A stretch of 63,961 nt of DNA, filler included, from Lenisia limosa (lineage: Eukaryota > Protista > Breviatea), in the NCBI GenBank assembly GCA_001655205.1. It is 10 parts of 10 records of this genome, joined end to end, with 100 filler letters (N's around TTAATTAATTAA, not from the genome) between each part and the next. Parts side by side here need not be neighbours in the genome. Positions count along the whole stretch, not along the records: positions 58,899 to 61,973 come from LPNZ01001405.1; positions 62,074 to 63,961 come from LPNZ01008977.1; 8 more parts are not named here. One strand, given 5' to 3'. Below the pieces are notes generated by a model that had not been told where the DNA came from, ran no database searches, and saw only the letters and a list, made by a program, of their open reading frames with translations. Of this stretch, positions 61,248 through 63,961 are shown piece after piece; position 1 is the first letter of the stretch; each line of letters starts with the position of its first letter. A program made the position numbers and the translations under genes.

Positions 61248-62129
61248 TATTACTGTCTTTCTGTGTTCATTTTTCTTAATGCCAATTGTATAATATTTAT
61301 TGTTTTATTCTGAGACAACATTCGGGGGCCAATTTTGCAAATAGAGCATACAACCTTTATTTCCATTTGGTCGTATGCTCTAATCTGAAAAAAGAACAGA
61401 ATTCAAAAAGCACCGATTTTCCAAAAAAGCACCGATTTATGTGGGGATATATATATGCTAGGCAACCTAAACTCTGTATTTTATTCAAAACTCCGTATTC
61501 TATTATTTTTTTAAAAAAAAACCCCAGGAAAACTCTATTTCTGTCAAATTATGAAAAATGAACTCTTTATTGATTCGCTATACGTAATTTTTTGATAACT
61601 GTCAGTTTCATATTCCCAATCTAGCAGTTCAAAAAAAATATATATAACCGCACTCTAATGTGTATTCATTTAGAATGCGGTTATGTAGACCAACAAAGAA
61701 ATAAAAACAACCACATTCCAAATAATCACAACCAGTTTGACAAAATCATATTCTAAATAGACAAGAAAACAGACAAAACAAAACCCTGATCACACAAACA
61801 CTACCTAAACAAGTGACATGTAGCTTTCTTTCTCTTAAAATTTTCAGCAAGCTTAGCCTCTCCTCCGACAAGTAAACATGTCTCCGTTGTTATCATTGCG
61901 CCTCGCGCTGTATATAGCTTCACATTTCGCTTTACAGCAGGCTTCACGTCTTCTGGCTGGACTATGACCTGAANNNNNNNNNNNNNNNNNNNNNNNNNNN
62001 NNNNNNNNNNNNNNNNNTTAATTAATTAANNNNNNNNNNNNNNNNNNNNNNNNNNNNNNNNNNNNNNNNNNNNTTCATATCGATACGATGTGTTATATTG
62101 TGCTTTCTGAAAATATGTCCGGATATTCT

Positions 62130-63650
62130 TGCACATTTTACGTCCTCCAGGCGGCCGAGTGGCCATCCATAGTCCTGACCCCGACTGCAGCGCCAACTAC
62201 ATTCCAACCGTAATTGGTAGGCCTTTCTTGAGGGTGTGGGAAGGCAGCTGATTTTCAGGGAGGCTACTCCTATTAAGTTTCAATTACAGTTCAACTTGGG
62301 AGTTATTTGTTTCAGTCTTCTTAAGTGTCTTTTCCTTCACCCCCCCCCCCTCTATCCATCNNNNNNNNNNNNNNNNNNNNNNNNNNNNNNNNNNNNNNNN
62401 NNNNNNNNNNNNNNNNNNNNNNNNNNNNNNNNNNNNNNNNNNNNNNNNNNNNNNNNNNNNNNNNNNNNNNNNNNNNNNNNNNNNNNNNNNNNNNNNNNNN
62501 NNNNNNNNNNNNNNNNNNNNNNNNNNNNNNNNNNNNNNNNNNNNNNNNNNNNNNNNNNNNNNTGTTCAACGGCAATGGCACTGATCAATGCGCCGGCCTT
62601 GGGGGGTGCGCAGCGTGTTTGGATATGGCCGAGTGCGTGTGGTGCCAATCAAGCCAGGTGGGGTGTATAAATAATACATATGATATATTGTATACACCTT
62701 TGAGAGGGTCAAGTTTCATTTGAATAAGTGTTTCTAGGTTCATAAATGTTCCATTTTCACGTTTGTCTAGTTTTAGCGTTGGTTGCTCGTGTTTGTTATT
62801 GCTGTATTTGTTATTGCTGTGTTTTTTTATTTGTTTGTTTCTTTGGAGTTCCAGATTATTCGGTTCGTGATTAGTATCTTTGCGCCAATCTTCATCGAAA
62901 TTTCCTTTGTTTTACCCCCCATTAGACTTGCATCCCGGGATCTGAAACGGACCCCGTGCGGCCCTGTGAAATGCCTTGGGAAGAGTGCTACGACTGCAGC
63001 CCTAACCCGGGTGGGCAGTGTGGGAAGTGTGGGTAGTGTCAATGCGGACGTGTAGAAGCACAGGCGAAATGTTGTTTTTTAAAGAGCAAAAACACAACAA
63101 TCTTAGTTTAAATGCATTAAAAATACAAAGGGATACGGCCCTCCTTGCCCGTATAATTTCATTCATAATAATTCGCATTCACCCCCCCCCCCCCNNNNNN
63201 NNNNNNNNNNNNNNNNNNNNNNNNNNNNNNNNNNNNNNNNNNNNNNNNNNNNNNNNNNNNNNNNNNNNNNNNNNNNNNNNNNNNNNNNNNNNNNNNCTGT
63301 GACTTCTGTCCCTATGACAACGACAACCTGAACCGTCCTGAGTCTTGCCTATCAAGTGAGCTGGTAAATTTATGCGAGAAATGTTTCAAAAAATAATAAA
63401 AATTCAAAAGAGAGAAATGAAAAGGAAAAAGGAAAAAAAGGAGGGGGGGGATGGTGGGCTTCAGTTAGAAGCAACCTGTCAGATCATTTCCTAATATCTG
63501 CAGCATCGACAGTGACCTCCCCACTGACCAAGGAAATTTATGCTGGCGGCGTGGCGGTGTACACTGTCAAAACGAAGAACAAATTTGATGCCTTCAGAGG
63601 CACTGGTGCGAGGGCTTTTGCTTATCGCCTGGACAAATATGGCGTATTGA
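62130..63650 (+). CDS. Cys-rich surface protein with PSI-like repeats (fragment)
   Basis: DQCAGLGGCAACLDMAECVWCQSSQ|TCIPG (PSI pattern C..C..C...C.WC....C); CDFCPY...SCLS; final exon IDSDLPLTKEIYAGGVAVYTVKTKNKF. Confidence 0.6.
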
Positions 63651-63716
63651 TTGATTTCATGTCACTGAGATAAACGGGTGGGGGTAATGGGCATTTTGCT
63701 TCACGGTTTACCTTTT

Positions 63717-63855
63717 CTCCTTTGACCTAATAATCTGTGGGGGTCTCCTTTGACCTAATAATCTGTGGGGGTCTCCTTTGACCTAATAATCTGTGGGGGG
63801 TCTCCTTTGACCTAATAATCTGTGGGGGTCTCCTTTGACCTAATAATCTGTGGGG
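63717..63855 (+). repeat. 28-bp minisatellite, about 5 copies
   Basis: Unit CTCCTTTGACCTAATAATCTGTGGGGGT repeated head-to-tail with no spacers; one copy has an extra G. Confidence 0.95.
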
Positions 63856-63961
63856 AAGGTCTTTGTGTTTCATACATTTTCCAATTTACTCCCTCCCCTC
63901 TGATATGATATAAGGAACCTGCACTCACTTTCATTACTCACGACGCACCCCTTTCATTCCC

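Noticed and set aside
63717-63855. CRISPR array
   Set aside because: Repeats are contiguous with no unique spacers, the context is eukaryotic, and there are no cas genes.

Overview
Eukaryotic, intron-rich protist DNA with GT-AG introns. An amoebozoan-like phagotroph is inferred from gene content, not proven. The window is not contiguous: ten contigs or scaffolds are joined by nine artificial 100-bp linkers (44 N + TTAATTAATTAA + 44 N). Segments are about 1-22164, 22265-30958, 31059-40507, 40608-44986, 45087-48612, 48713-55910, 56011-57334, 57435-58798, 58899-61973 and 62074-63961. The supplied ORF track is mostly exon fragments and antisense noise, so genes were rebuilt by hand across splice sites and many boundaries are approximate. 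Recognisable host genes: FtsX/MacB-like permease, M15-family peptidoglycan peptidase, cationic amino-acid transporter, two ankyrin proteins, rhomboid, DDX49/DBP8 helicase, NR2C2AP, a Cys-rich multipass membrane protein, PKB/Akt-like kinase, adenine/adenosine deaminase, dynein heavy chain, a bromodomain and a PSI-repeat protein. Mobile DNA: two pogo-like DDE_1 relics, a Tc1 relic, an RNase H-bearing LINE end, two MITE families and an intronic repeat family. Best candidates for something new: (1) a spliced, bacterial-type Zn peptidoglycan peptidase apparently built as a type I membrane protein with a Cys-rich module, lying head-to-head with an FtsX-like permease; (2) a repeat family found only inside introns, always in the sense orientation and mostly close to the 3' splice site (introner-like candidate); (3) a 4.75-kb intron holding an antisense cassette of a pogo transposase plus two cargo genes, one weakly SET-like.
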